A stretch of DNA of 64,000 bases, taken from Anaerovoracaceae bacterium. GTDB taxonomy: Bacteria; Bacillota; Clostridia; Peptostreptococcales; Anaerovoracaceae. The position numbers and the translations under genes are program-made. The notes beneath the pieces were generated by a model that had not been told where the DNA came from, ran no database searches, and saw only the letters and a list, made by a program, of their open reading frames with translations. Positions 19,135 through 30,413 of the stretch are shown piece after piece. Within the stretch, counting starts at the first letter, position 1, and each line of letters opens with the position of its first letter. The DNA is taken from the NCBI GenBank assembly GCA_051893555.1, contig JBJFHL010000062.1, positions 34,250 to 98,249 of the forward strand, given 5' to 3'.

Positions 19135-19635
19135 ATGCGAATTTTAGGGATTGACCCCGGATATGCCATTCTGGGATATGGCATTTTGGATAAAACCGGA
19201 AATCATTTTTCTGTGGTAGACTATGGATCCATCCTGACGGATGCAGATCTGGAAATGCCGGAACGACTTCGTATTCTGTATGATGAACTGCGTGCAATTA
19301 TTGAAAAATATCAGCCGGAGGAAGCGGCCATTGAAGAACTGTTTTTCAATAATAATGCCAAGACTGCGATTCTGGTCGGAGAAGCCAGGGGTGTCGCAGT
19401 CCTTGCCTGCGCCCACGGAAATCTGAAGATCAGTGAATATACACCGCTGCAGATTAAGCAGGCACTGGTAGGCTATGGCCGTGCGGACAAGAAACAGGTG
19501 CAGTCCATGGTGAAGGCCATTCTCAATCTGGAGAAAGTTCCGAAACCGGATGATACGGCGGATGCACTGGCTGCCGCCATCTGTCATGGACATTCAGCGG
19601 GAAGCAGCCGTCTCCGGCAGCTGTTGGACAAATAA
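19135..19635 (+). CDS. ruvC: crossover junction endodeoxyribonuclease RuvC
   Basis: [15 protein letters not shown]-terminus and overall RuvC pattern. Lies upstream of ruvAB. Confidence 0.92.
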   Translation: MRILGIDPGYAILGYGILDKTGNHFSVVDYGSILTDADLEMPERLRILYDELRAIIEKYQPEEAAIEELFFNNNAKTAILVGEARGVAVLACAHGNLKISEYTPLQIKQALVGYGRADKKQVQSMVKAILNLEKVPKPDDTADALAAAICHGHSAGSSRLRQLLDK

Positions 19636-19650
19636 GAAGGCGGTGAAAAA

Positions 19651-20274
19651 ATGATACGATACATAAAAGGAATTTATTCCATGACCTTTGAGAACAGCAT
19701 TATTGTAGAGACACCTTCCGGCATTGGATTTGAGATTTTTATTCCCGCCGGATCACCTCTGTATCGGTATGGTGAAGGCGAGGAGATCATGGTCTACACC
19801 TCCATGGCAGTAAAAGAAGACAATATCAGCCTGTACGGATTTCATAACCGGGAAACGCTGGAACTGTTTGAACTGCTGATCACAGTCAGCGGCATTGGTG
19901 CCAGGGGTGCCATGTCACTTCTCAGTACGCTGCAGCCGACAGAACTGAAACGTGCAATCCTGTTTGAAGACGTGAAAGAAATCAGCAGGGCCAACGGCGT
20001 GGGAAAGAAAACAGCGGAACGGCTCATCCTTGAGCTGAAAGATAAGATTGGAAAGATGAGCAGTGCTGTGAATGATGGATATGGAGCAGCGGAGCTGACA
20101 GGCAGTGCGGCAGATACGGTTCTGCCGGTGTCGGATGATCGAACCGAAGCGGTTAACGCATTGGTGGCGCTGGGGTATTCCAAGGCAGAGGCTTTCAGCG
20201 CAATTTCGCAGGTGTCGGAAGATGGACTGACCTGTGAGGAATATATCAAGAAAGCACTGAAACATCTCTTTTAG
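19651..20274 (+). CDS. ruvA: Holliday junction branch migration protein RuvA
   Basis: OB-fold N-terminus, two HhH motifs (VSGIGARGA, ANGVGKKTAERL) and a C-terminal domain III. Confidence 0.9.
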   Translation: MIRYIKGIYSMTFENSIIVETPSGIGFEIFIPAGSPLYRYGEGEEIMVYTSMAVKEDNISLYGFHNRETLELFELLITVSGIGARGAMSLLSTLQPTELKRAILFEDVKEISRANGVGKKTAERLILELKDKIGKMSSAVNDGYGAAELTGSAADTVLPVSDDRTEAVNALVALGYSKAEAFSAISQVSEDGLTCEEYIKKALKHLF

Positions 20275-20285
20275 GAGTGATATAG

Positions 20286-21299
20286 ATGGAGAAAGAACGT
20301 ATTACATCTGCAGGAATGCAGAAGGGAGAAATGCGGCAGGAAATGAACCTGCGGCCGCAGCATCTTGACGAATATATCGGCCAGCAGAGCGCAAAGGAAA
20401 ATCTGAAAATCTTCATTGAAGCGGCCAGACTACGGGGAGAACCGCTGGATCATGTGCTGTTTTATGGTCCGCCGGGACTGGGTAAGACCACGCTGGCAGG
20501 AATTATTGCCAATGAGCTGGGTGTGGATATCAAGATCACTTCAGGACCTGCCATCGGCAGAGCCGGAGATCTGGCAGCCATACTGACCAACCTGAATGAA
20601 AATGATGTGCTGTTCATCGACGAGATCCACAGACTAAACCGCTCCGTGGAAGAGGTACTGTATTCTGCAATGGAAGATTTTGCACTGGATATTGTCATAG
20701 GGAAAGGTCCGTCCGCCCGTTCCATTCGTCTGGATCTGGCGAAATTCACCCTGATCGGTGCCACCACCAGGGCAGGAAGCCTTTCCGCACCGCTGCGGGA
20801 CCGGTTTGGTGTGATCAGTAAATTTGAAATGTATACTACAGAAGAACTGAAGCAGATCCTTGCCCGCACTGCAGATATTCTGCATGTGGAAGTGGATGAT
20901 GCCTCACTGACGGAAATGGCCAGACGATCCCGGGGAACACCCCGTGTAGCAAACCGCATGCTGAAACGAATCAGGGACTTTTCACAGGTGCGCGGAAATG
21001 GTATAATTACCATTGATATCACCAGAGAGGGTCTGGAAGCACTGGGTGTGGATGAACTGGGACTGGAACGGATCGACAGAGAGATCCTTCGCGCCATCAT
21101 TGAACGATTTCACGGAGGACCGGTTGGGATCGATACCATCGCAGCATCCATCGGTGAAGAACGGGTCACCATCGAAGACTCTTCCGAGCCGTATCTGATT
21201 CAGGCAGGACTTCTTTACCGCACACAGAAGGGACGAATGGTATCTTCGCTGGGATATAAACATCTGGGCCTGGAAATGCCCGGAGACAGAGAGGAATAA
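20286..21299 (+). CDS. ruvB: Holliday junction branch migration DNA helicase RuvB
   Basis: GPPGLGKTT Walker [10 protein letters not shown] Walker [12 protein letters not shown]-like sensor. Confidence 0.95.
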   Translation: MEKERITSAGMQKGEMRQEMNLRPQHLDEYIGQQSAKENLKIFIEAARLRGEPLDHVLFYGPPGLGKTTLAGIIANELGVDIKITSGPAIGRAGDLAAILTNLNENDVLFIDEIHRLNRSVEEVLYSAMEDFALDIVIGKGPSARSIRLDLAKFTLIGATTRAGSLSAPLRDRFGVISKFEMYTTEELKQILARTADILHVEVDDASLTEMARRSRGTPRVANRMLKRIRDFSQVRGNGIITIDITREGLEALGVDELGLERIDREILRAIIERFHGGPVGIDTIAASIGEERVTIEDSSEPYLIQAGLLYRTQKGRMVSSLGYKHLGLEMPGDREE

Positions 21300-21307
21300 G
21301 AGAATTC

Positions 21308-22357
21308 ATGCATATCAATGATTTTGATTATGAACTGCCGAAAGAACTGATTGCCCAGACGCCATCCGAAACACGGGATGGCTGCCGGCTGATGGTGGTC
21401 CACAGAAAGGACGGCAGCGTAGAACACAGACATTTTTACGATATTTTGGAGTATCTGAAACCGGATGACTGCCTTGTGCTGAATAATTCGAAGGTTTTGC
21501 CGGCACGGCTTTTCGGTGTGAAAGAGGGAACCGGCGCGAAGATTGAATTTCTGCTGATCAAACGAATCGAAGGGGATACCTGGGAAACCATGGTGCGTCC
21601 GGGAAAAAGGCTGAAGATCGGAGACAGCGTATCATTCTCCGACGAGAAGCTGTTCAGAGCAACCGTAACAGATTATGGTGAAGACGGAACCAGGATCGTG
21701 GAGTTCCAGTATGAGGGTATCTTTATGGAACGGCTGGAGGAACTGGGAGAAATGCCGCTTCCTCCATATATTGAGAGAGAGAACAACAGCGAGGATAAGG
21801 ACCGGTATCAGACCGTTTACTGCAAGGAAGAAGGTTCTGTAGCCGCACCGACAGCAGGCCTTCATTTTACAGACGAGCTTCTGGAAAAAGTACGGGAAAG
21901 GGGCGTGAAGATTGCATATGTAACGCTTCACGTGGGGATTGGTACATTCCGGCCTGTAAAAGTAGAGAATATTGAAGAGCATCATATGCATTTTGAAGCG
22001 TATTCTATCAGCGCAGAAGCGGCGGATACAATAAATAATACCATTCTGGCAGGCGGGCGGATTGTGTCTGTCGGAACGACTTCAACCCGAACTGTGGAAA
22101 GTGCTGCCGTATTTGACGAAACGGCAGAAAAGTGGCTGGTTCAGGCAGGCTCTGGATCCACCGGCATTTTCATCTATCCAGGGTATGAATTTAAGATCAT
22201 CCGATCACTGATCACCAATTTTCATCTGCCAAAATCCACGCTTCTCATGTTGATCTCCGCATTATATAACCGGGAGGATATTCTTCGGGTGTATGAAATT
22301 GCAGTGAAAGAGCAGTACAGGTTTTTCAGCTACGGTGATGCCATGTTTATTGAATAA
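21308..22357 (+). CDS. queA: S-adenosylmethionine:tRNA ribosyltransferase-isomerase
   Basis: N-terminus [14 protein letters not shown]. Motifs [13 protein letters not shown] and VGTTSTR. Confidence 0.93.
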   Translation: MHINDFDYELPKELIAQTPSETRDGCRLMVVHRKDGSVEHRHFYDILEYLKPDDCLVLNNSKVLPARLFGVKEGTGAKIEFLLIKRIEGDTWETMVRPGKRLKIGDSVSFSDEKLFRATVTDYGEDGTRIVEFQYEGIFMERLEELGEMPLPPYIERENNSEDKDRYQTVYCKEEGSVAAPTAGLHFTDELLEKVRERGVKIAYVTLHVGIGTFRPVKVENIEEHHMHFEAYSISAEAADTINNTILAGGRIVSVGTTSTRTVESAAVFDETAEKWLVQAGSGSTGIFIYPGYEFKIIRSLITNFHLPKSTLLMLISALYNREDILRVYEIAVKEQYRFFSYGDAMFIE

Positions 22358-22374
22358 ATACCCAGAAGGAGAGT

Positions 22375-23703
22375 ATGATGGAAACGAAAATAAGAGAACA
22401 ATTTCTGGAAGATCTGAAGGGACTGATTCAGATTCCAAGCGTATCTTCTGCGAAAGAACAGGTGGAAAAAGCGCTGGACTATTTTCTTGATACGGCAAGA
22501 AAATTCGGACTCCGTGCGGAAAAGTTGCTGGACGGCCAGATCGGCACGGTAGAAATCGGGGAGGGCGCAGAAACTGTCGGCATTCTGGTGCATTTGGATG
22601 TGGTGGATATCGGCGATGCTGACCACTGGACCGTAGCTCCTTTCGATGTAACTGTAAAAGATGGCAAGGTATACGGCCGCGGTGTATTGGACGACAAGGG
22701 ACCTGCTATGGCGGCTCTTTATGCCATGAAGGCCGTAAAGGACTGCGGCCGTCCGCTTCGAAAAAAAGTACGTATGATCATTGGAACCCAGGAAGAAGTG
22801 GAATGGACCGATATGAATGCATATGTGGAAAAATATCCGCTTCCGGATTACAGCTTCACACCGGATGGGTATTTTCCAATCGGCAATGTGGAGAAAGGAT
22901 ACTACGATATCGGCATGCGTTTTCCATACGCAGAAGAAGAGAATTCTGACCTTCCGATGATCCGGTCCATGAAGGCGGGTGTCGCGTCCAATGTGGTACC
23001 GGAAAACTGCACTGTGATCCTGAGCAGCGGTGAAACTTTGGAAACACAGGGAAGAGCGGCCCATTCCTGCCTGCCGGATAAGGGTGTCAACGCAGTCTTC
23101 CTGATGAAGGAAAAATTACGGGACAACGATACAATTGGCGAAAATACCTGCAGCCGGGTATTGGATCTGATGTATGACTATTTTCATGATTGTGTCGGTG
23201 AGGCACTGGGCATTGAGAAGAAAGACGAGTATTACAAGGGTGAATATATCCATAAAAATATGTTTACTCCATCTGTTATAAAAACCACAGAGGATGGGGT
23301 GGAAGTCCTGGTGAACTGCAGGTTTGCCTACACCACTTCCAGAGAAGAAATCAGAACTGCTTTTGAAAATATGGCTGCAAAGCTGGGCGGAGAAATTATT
23401 TACGAAGATTTTCTGCCGGCAGTATTCGTCAGCAGAGAGGCACCGTTCCTGAAAGAACTGGCCAGAGCCTACGAAGCTGTGACGGAACAGGAAGCACAGT
23501 TTGTTCTGGACTATGGTGCCTCCTACTGCAAAGCCATGCCGAATATGGTCAGCTACGGACCAATTTTTCCGGGAATGGAAGACAAGTGCCATCAGACCGA
23601 TGAATACATGCCGCTGGATAAAGTGGAGCAGTTGTATGACATTCTGGAGACTGCCCTTGCCGGTATCGTACTCAGTGAGCTTTCCATGAAGCCTGCTGAA
23701 TAA
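22375..23703 (+). CDS. M20-family dipeptidase (Sapep/PepV-like)
   Basis: Motifs HLDVVD and GRGVLDDKGP, with M20 catalytic plus lid domain organisation. Confidence 0.78.
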   Translation: MMETKIREQFLEDLKGLIQIPSVSSAKEQVEKALDYFLDTARKFGLRAEKLLDGQIGTVEIGEGAETVGILVHLDVVDIGDADHWTVAPFDVTVKDGKVYGRGVLDDKGPAMAALYAMKAVKDCGRPLRKKVRMIIGTQEEVEWTDMNAYVEKYPLPDYSFTPDGYFPIGNVEKGYYDIGMRFPYAEEENSDLPMIRSMKAGVASNVVPENCTVILSSGETLETQGRAAHSCLPDKGVNAVFLMKEKLRDNDTIGENTCSRVLDLMYDYFHDCVGEALGIEKKDEYYKGEYIHKNMFTPSVIKTTEDGVEVLVNCRFAYTTSREEIRTAFENMAAKLGGEIIYEDFLPAVFVSREAPFLKELARAYEAVTEQEAQFVLDYGASYCKAMPNMVSYGPIFPGMEDKCHQTDEYMPLDKVEQLYDILETALAGIVLSELSMKPAE

Positions 23704-24963
<1,260 letters not shown>

Positions 24964-24976
24964 GATAGAGGAAACC

Positions 24977-26194
24977 ATGACTGCAGAGAACACCGGTATG
25001 CGCGATAATTGTCCACATTGCGAATTTTGCGGAGGGTGCATCCATCAGGGCGTGCCCTACGAAAGGCAGCTTGCGGAGAAAGAAAGGGAAGTCCGCAGGC
25101 TTTTGGAAGCAAAGAACGTGACGCCGGACCGGATCGATCCCATCGAGGGATGCCCGTCTCAGTACGGTTATCGGAACAAGATGGAATACACCTTCGGCGA
25201 TTTCGTCAAAGATGGGGAAATGACCCTGGGCATGCACCGAAAGAAAAACTTCATGTCCATCGTTACAGTGGATCAGTGTCAGCTGGTGGATTCGGATTTC
25301 AACGTGATCCTGGCGGCGGTGCTTGCGTTTTGCCGGGAGCGGAGCTATAAACCGTATCATAAACGGACCCATAAAGGCCTGATGCGGAACCTGATCATCC
25401 GGAAGGGTGTTCGAACCGGCGAGCTACTGGTCAATGTGGTTACATCTTCGGAGCCGGGGTTTGCGGAGGAGGAATTTGTATCCATGCTTCAAAACCTCTC
25501 TTTGCAAAATACACTGGTCGGGGTTCTGCGGACCTTCAACGACAGTCTTGCGGATGCGGTAATCTGTCAGGAACTGAAGGTACTCTGGGGCAGGGACTAT
25601 TATGTAGAGAAGATTCTGGGTCTCTCCTTCCGGGTCAGTGCGTTTTCTTTCTTCCAGACGAACGTGGAGGCCGTGGAACGGCTGTATTCCGAAGCGCTGG
25701 CACTGGTAGACTCCTTTGAGGGCAAGTCAGCCTTCGATTTGTACTGCGGGACCGGTACCATCAGCCAGGTGCTGGCTTTGCGGGCAGCAAAGGTGCTTGG
25801 GATTGAGCTGGTGGAGGAAGCGGTGGAATCTGCGAAAGAAAATGCGGCGGCCAATGGCCTGACCAACTGCAGTTTTCTGGCCGGCGACGTGTTCGAAGTG
25901 CTTCAGACCGTTTCGGAAAAGCCGGATGTCATCGTAGTGGATCCGCCGCGGGTTGGCATTCAGCCGAAGGCACTGGATAAGATCATCAGCTACGGCGTTC
26001 CGGAGATTGTATACATCTCCTGCAATCCGAAGACCCTGGCAGAAAACCTGAAATATATGGAGTATTACGGCTATCGCTGCAAATATCTGAAACCATTCGA
26101 TAATTTTCCGATGACAAAGCATACAGAGTGCATTACACTGCTGTCAAAGATAACGGAAAACGGAATGAAAATGCACGAAATGGAAGCGAAATAA
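24977..26194 (+). CDS. 23S rRNA (uracil-C5)-methyltransferase, RlmD/RumA/TrmA family
   Basis: N-terminal Cys cluster CPHCEFCGGC. Motifs DLYCGTGTI, DPPRVG and YISCNP. Start ambiguous (24941, 24950 or 24977). 24977 follows AGAGGA and lies after the tgt stop. Confidence 0.85.
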   Translation: MTAENTGMRDNCPHCEFCGGCIHQGVPYERQLAEKEREVRRLLEAKNVTPDRIDPIEGCPSQYGYRNKMEYTFGDFVKDGEMTLGMHRKKNFMSIVTVDQCQLVDSDFNVILAAVLAFCRERSYKPYHKRTHKGLMRNLIIRKGVRTGELLVNVVTSSEPGFAEEEFVSMLQNLSLQNTLVGVLRTFNDSLADAVICQELKVLWGRDYYVEKILGLSFRVSAFSFFQTNVEAVERLYSEALALVDSFEGKSAFDLYCGTGTISQVLALRAAKVLGIELVEEAVESAKENAAANGLTNCSFLAGDVFEVLQTVSEKPDVIVVDPPRVGIQPKALDKIISYGVPEIVYISCNPKTLAENLKYMEYYGYRCKYLKPFDNFPMTKHTECITLLSKITENGMKMHEMEAK

Positions 26195-26203
26195 TAATAA
26201 AGA

Positions 26204-26232
26204 TTGCTATTGTTCCGATAAAAGAATATAAT
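26204..26232 (+). promoter_or_regulatory. putative sigma-A promoter of the R-M block
   Basis: TTGCTA, 17-nt spacer, TATAAT, located about 30 nt upstream of the methyltransferase ATG. Confidence 0.45.
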
Positions 26233-26260
26233 AGTTGCATAGAATGAATGGAGGTTTCAT

Positions 26261-28402
26261 ATGCTGCTTACTTCAACAGAATTAGCTGAAAAATGGGGAA
26301 TCTCTGCCAGACGTATTTCACTTCTATGCAGCGAAGGGAGACTGGAGGGGGCCTTTAAAAAGGGAAAAACATGGTTGATTCCTGATAATACACCAAGACC
26401 GGATGATTTAAGAATAAAAACCAATGGAAAAGAAAATCGGCAGATGCTTGGGATTCAAAACAGGAGATACCTGGGAAATAAATATAAATTACTCGATTTT
26501 ATTGAGGAAACCATAGAAGAACACTGCCCTGGCGTACATTCCATGTTTGACGTATTTGCCGGCACGGGCGTGGTCGCATATCATTTTATGGATCGAATGA
26601 AAGTGGTTACAAATGACATCCTGTACAGCAATTATCTGGCGCATGTAGCATTTATGTCAAATGAAAAAATCGACAGCAAAAAAATCGATCAGACAATTCA
26701 TTTATTCAATTCTCTGAATCCGGCTGATCTGGATGAAAATTACATGTCGATCAATTTTGGTGATACATATTTTTCTCATGACGATTGTAAAAAAATCGGT
26801 TACGCGAGGGAATATATTAAAGCGCGATTTGAGTCAGGTGATTTGAATGCGCGTGAACATGCCATCCTGATTACTGTGATTCTATATGCGATGGACAGAG
26901 TTGCAAATACGTGCGGACATTATGATGCCTATAGAAAGGGAGCAGCGTTTGACCGCATGATAGAGTTTCTGCCCCTTGATCTGACTGCAAAATCAAAACG
27001 GAAAAATCTGTTTTACAACGGGGACGCCAACGAGATTGTAAATGAAGCGGATTTCCCGGCAGTGGACTGTGTATATTGTGATCCGCCGTACAATAGCAGA
27101 AATTACAGTGATCTGTATCATGTGCTTGAAAATGTGGCGAAATGGGAAAAGCCGGAAGTATTCGGCGTTGCCAGAAAAATGGACAGAACGGAATTAAAGA
27201 GCAAGTATTGCGGTAAGGAAGCTGCAGCAGCCTTTGATGATCTGGTTCAGAAACTGAGATGCAAATATATTATATTGTCATACAACAATACCGGAGATCG
27301 TGCGAATGACAGAAGCAATGCACGAATGACGGATCATGATATCATCCGTGTCCTCTCGAAAAAAGGAGATGTGAAGGTATATTCTAAAAAATATAAAGCG
27401 TTTACAACCGGCAAATCAGAGAATGATGCCAATGAAGAACGTTTATTTGTATGTACGGTTTTTTCTGACAAAAAGAATGAAAGAAAAGGGTATGTAAAAT
27501 CTCCGCTCAATTATACTGGTGGTAAAACCAGGTTGCTGCCGCAGCTTTTACCTCTTTTTCCGGATCATATTCACACGTTTTATGATCTGTTTTGCGGGGG
27601 AGCTAATGTTGGGATAAATGTGAAAGCCGATTATGTCGTATATAGTGATTCAAATGCAGATCTGATCGGACTATTCCATACAATATCAAAATACTCTTCC
27701 GATGCGTTATTGAAAAATATTTATGCTGTGATCGATAAATACGGATTGTCAAGATCCGATGAAAATGGATACGCGATGTACGGCTGCAACAGCGCGGATG
27801 GATTAGGAAGTTATAATAAGGAAAAATACGTGCAGTTGCGGAATGATTTTAATTCGCTTTCGGATCGAAATGATGAATACTATTTTATGCTGTATGTATT
27901 GATTGTTTTCTCTTTTAATAACCAGATCCGCTTTAATAAAAAGCATGAATTTAATCTACCTGTTGGGAAAAGAGATTTTAATAAGAACATACGAAATCAT
28001 TTTGTCCGTTTTGCGGAGGAACTTGCTGCACAGAAGTGTATGTTTCAGTGCAGGGATTTCAGAAATCTGACGCTGTCCGAACTTGGACCCAATGATTTCG
28101 TGTACTGTGATCCGCCGTATCTGATTACAACTGCCAGCTATAATGAACAGAATGGGTGGACAGAAAAGGACGAAAAAGATTTGCTGGAGCTGCTGGATCG
28201 ATTAAATGCGCGTGGGATACGCTTTGCGCTTTCCAATGTTATGGTGCATAAAGGCCGAAGCAATGCTTTGCTGATGGAATGGGCAAAGCAGTACCACATA
28301 CATAATCTCTCTTTCCATTACAACAATTCAAATTATCACGGGAAAAATACGGAACAGGAAACGAAAGAAGTTCTTGTGACAAATTATGATGCATTCCGAT
28401 GA
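26261..28402 (+). CDS. Type IIS DNA adenine methyltransferase: N-terminal HTH plus two tandem Dam-like (alpha-class) domains, M.FokI/M.AlwI-like
   Basis: Two complete MTase halves. Half 1: RRYLGNKYKL, FDVFAGTGVVA, VYCDPPY. Half 2: SPLNYTGGKTRLL, DLFCGGANVG, VYCDPPY. About 65 aa of excisionase/MerR-like HTH (TSTELAEKWGISARRISLLCSEGRL) sit in front. Confidence 0.9.
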   Translation: MLLTSTELAEKWGISARRISLLCSEGRLEGAFKKGKTWLIPDNTPRPDDLRIKTNGKENRQMLGIQNRRYLGNKYKLLDFIEETIEEHCPGVHSMFDVFAGTGVVAYHFMDRMKVVTNDILYSNYLAHVAFMSNEKIDSKKIDQTIHLFNSLNPADLDENYMSINFGDTYFSHDDCKKIGYAREYIKARFESGDLNAREHAILITVILYAMDRVANTCGHYDAYRKGAAFDRMIEFLPLDLTAKSKRKNLFYNGDANEIVNEADFPAVDCVYCDPPYNSRNYSDLYHVLENVAKWEKPEVFGVARKMDRTELKSKYCGKEAAAAFDDLVQKLRCKYIILSYNNTGDRANDRSNARMTDHDIIRVLSKKGDVKVYSKKYKAFTTGKSENDANEERLFVCTVFSDKKNERKGYVKSPLNYTGGKTRLLPQLLPLFPDHIHTFYDLFCGGANVGINVKADYVVYSDSNADLIGLFHTISKYSSDALLKNIYAVIDKYGLSRSDENGYAMYGCNSADGLGSYNKEKYVQLRNDFNSLSDRNDEYYFMLYVLIVFSFNNQIRFNKKHEFNLPVGKRDFNKNIRNHFVRFAEELAAQKCMFQCRDFRNLTLSELGPNDFVYCDPPYLITTASYNEQNGWTEKDEKDLLELLDRLNARGIRFALSNVMVHKGRSNALLMEWAKQYHIHNLSFHYNNSNYHGKNTEQETKEVLVTNYDAFR

Positions 28403-28405
28403 GGT

Positions 28406-30409
28406 ATGGATATGGCGAAGCATTTTACGTATAAATCATATGCCTGGAGCCTGGGAACGACCAGCTTCAGAATGGCTGATTTTCACAGAAAAGTGGAGGA
28501 ACAGCTGATTTTATTGGATGCATTCTGGAATGTTCCTGAAAATAAAAGCAGAATCTGGAAATCCAATGCGCAAACGCAGTCATTGTATTATGATTTTCTG
28601 TTTGAAAAGGGATTTATCTCCGGTGAAATACAGAACAGTCCAGATAAGAAATCAAAAACAGCAAGGCAGAAAACGTCCGGACTCGTTGATATAGGTCTGA
28701 TCTATAACGACAGAAGACTGACGCCTGTAGGAAAAAAGCTATTGGACATGTGTCGCTCCGGAGATTTTAGCTGTGATAATGAGTTTCAGATCCCACGGGA
28801 CAGTTATCTGTATTTGAAACAAATATTGAAGACAGTATATAAAACGGAGGATTGGAAGGTACGTCCCTTTTTAGCAGCCGGAAAGGTATTGATGGAATGT
28901 GATGGCTATTTGTCTGAAAAAGAATTTACATACCTGCTTCCATTATGTGTAAGTGAAGATATTACAAAGGAAATTATAAAACAGATAAGAAACTACAGGG
29001 AAGGAAAGACCACGTTGAATCGGATCATTACGGAATCTGTCCTCTGCAGATATAATTATCCTTCTGCATTGCATTACTTTGTGCATTCGGCGAAAACACC
29101 TGAAGATATCATGGTGACAGGAATGAACAGAGATGGGATTCGGCATGATGCGTGCTATACATCGCTGTATCAGGAATTAAAACGAGTATATCTTGATCGA
29201 AAGCAGGAAGCGATTCCTTCTCTGATGAAAGCCGCGCGAGCGGTGAAAAACAAGCCGGGTACTTTGTGGAGAGGTTTGCTGTTTTCGAATGCTCGCAGAT
29301 GTACGAGCTTTTCCGATCTTGCACCGAATGATTTTGATTCTGTGCATACGGAAGAGCAATTTGACAGGTGCTTTTTTTCTTATCTTCATTTAAATAAGAT
29401 CAAGGCAACGCTCCGTGACTATATGGATCTGAACCGAAGGTATTTAAAGATCACGGACGCGTTTCTGTTTGAGGATGGGAAGGTGACATTCACACCTTTC
29501 TTTGATTACTTCTTTCGGACGAATGCGGGAAAGGTGTTTGAAGATACTTTTTCAGACTGTGATTTGCTGACGGAAGATTGTGATATAGAAACCATAAACA
29601 AACATTTACGCTTTCATGAAAATGAAGTCATCCGGATATTCAATGCAGAAAATGCGCTTTCAGCGCATTCCTTGGAGGAAGTTTATGACTTCCTCGAAAA
29701 TGACCGTTATCTGCGGTTTCGTAAGCTGATTGATACGCGATTCCCTGATCCGGTCATTCTATCCATGCTTGATAAATTTGAGAGCCGTGATCAGGATGCA
29801 GATCTGATCAGCCTTGCCGGCGGTGAGGCTGATGTACCTACCATATTCGAATATATCGTTGCAGTTGTCTGGTACAGAATAAGCGGATATACGGGAAAGA
29901 TACTGGATTATATGAATCTGTCACTGGATATGAATCTGCTGCCCAGAACACATGCTGGCGGTGGGGAATCAGATATCGTATATAAATATGCGGAAACACC
30001 GTTTTATCCGTCACATTCCCTTCTGATTGAATGCACGCTTATGGAGGGTACGACGCAGAGACATGGAGAAATGGAACCTGTATCCAGACATCTGGCCAAT
30101 TATATGATCGATGAAGATGAAAATGCATACTGCACCTTTGTTTCCAATAACTTGCATGCCTCTGTTATTTCGGACTTCAGAATGCGAAGAAGTTTTCCGT
30201 ACTATAGAAACGAACGTGACCATGTGAATGGAATGAAGATCATTCCGCTGCATACGAGAGAACTGAAGCGCATCATCGAGAAGAAGCTGTCATATGCACA
30301 GTTATATAAAATATTTGATGACGCATTTGTTTCTGACGAGGAAGAGGCTCCGCCTGCATGGTATGACACCTGTGTCAGGGGAAAAATTGATTCAATACAG
30401 GAGGGATAA
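28406..30409 (+). CDS. AlwI/BstNBI/PleI-family Type IIS restriction endonuclease (or nicking subunit)
   Basis: Starts 3 nt after the MTase stop. C-terminal catalytic region GGESDIVYKY...LLIECTLMEGTTQRHGEMEPVSRHL matches my recollection of the AlwI-family core (D..EhT/S ... EPVxRH). Confidence 0.72.
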   Translation: MDMAKHFTYKSYAWSLGTTSFRMADFHRKVEEQLILLDAFWNVPENKSRIWKSNAQTQSLYYDFLFEKGFISGEIQNSPDKKSKTARQKTSGLVDIGLIYNDRRLTPVGKKLLDMCRSGDFSCDNEFQIPRDSYLYLKQILKTVYKTEDWKVRPFLAAGKVLMECDGYLSEKEFTYLLPLCVSEDITKEIIKQIRNYREGKTTLNRIITESVLCRYNYPSALHYFVHSAKTPEDIMVTGMNRDGIRHDACYTSLYQELKRVYLDRKQEAIPSLMKAARAVKNKPGTLWRGLLFSNARRCTSFSDLAPNDFDSVHTEEQFDRCFFSYLHLNKIKATLRDYMDLNRRYLKITDAFLFEDGKVTFTPFFDYFFRTNAGKVFEDTFSDCDLLTEDCDIETINKHLRFHENEVIRIFNAENALSAHSLEEVYDFLENDRYLRFRKLIDTRFPDPVILSMLDKFESRDQDADLISLAGGEADVPTIFEYIVAVVWYRISGYTGKILDYMNLSLDMNLLPRTHAGGGESDIVYKYAETPFYPSHSLLIECTLMEGTTQRHGEMEPVSRHLANYMIDEDENAYCTFVSNNLHASVISDFRMRRSFPYYRNERDHVNGMKIIPLHTRELKRIIEKKLSYAQLYKIFDDAFVSDEEEAPPAWYDTCVRGKIDSIQEG

Positions 30410-30413
30410 CAAT

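Noticed and set aside
26261-28402. Homopolymeric A7 tracts inside the methyltransferase gene as phase-variation switches
   Set aside because: The tracts are only 7 nt long and are in-frame Lys-rich coding sequence in an AT-rich gene. That is too short and too ordinary to claim phase variation.
30294-30413. Upstream extension of the third R-M-block ORF, overlapping the REase gene by 116 nt
   Set aside because: The ATG at 30414 has a strong AGGAGGGA 7 nt upstream and lies just past the REase stop. The extension has no RBS.
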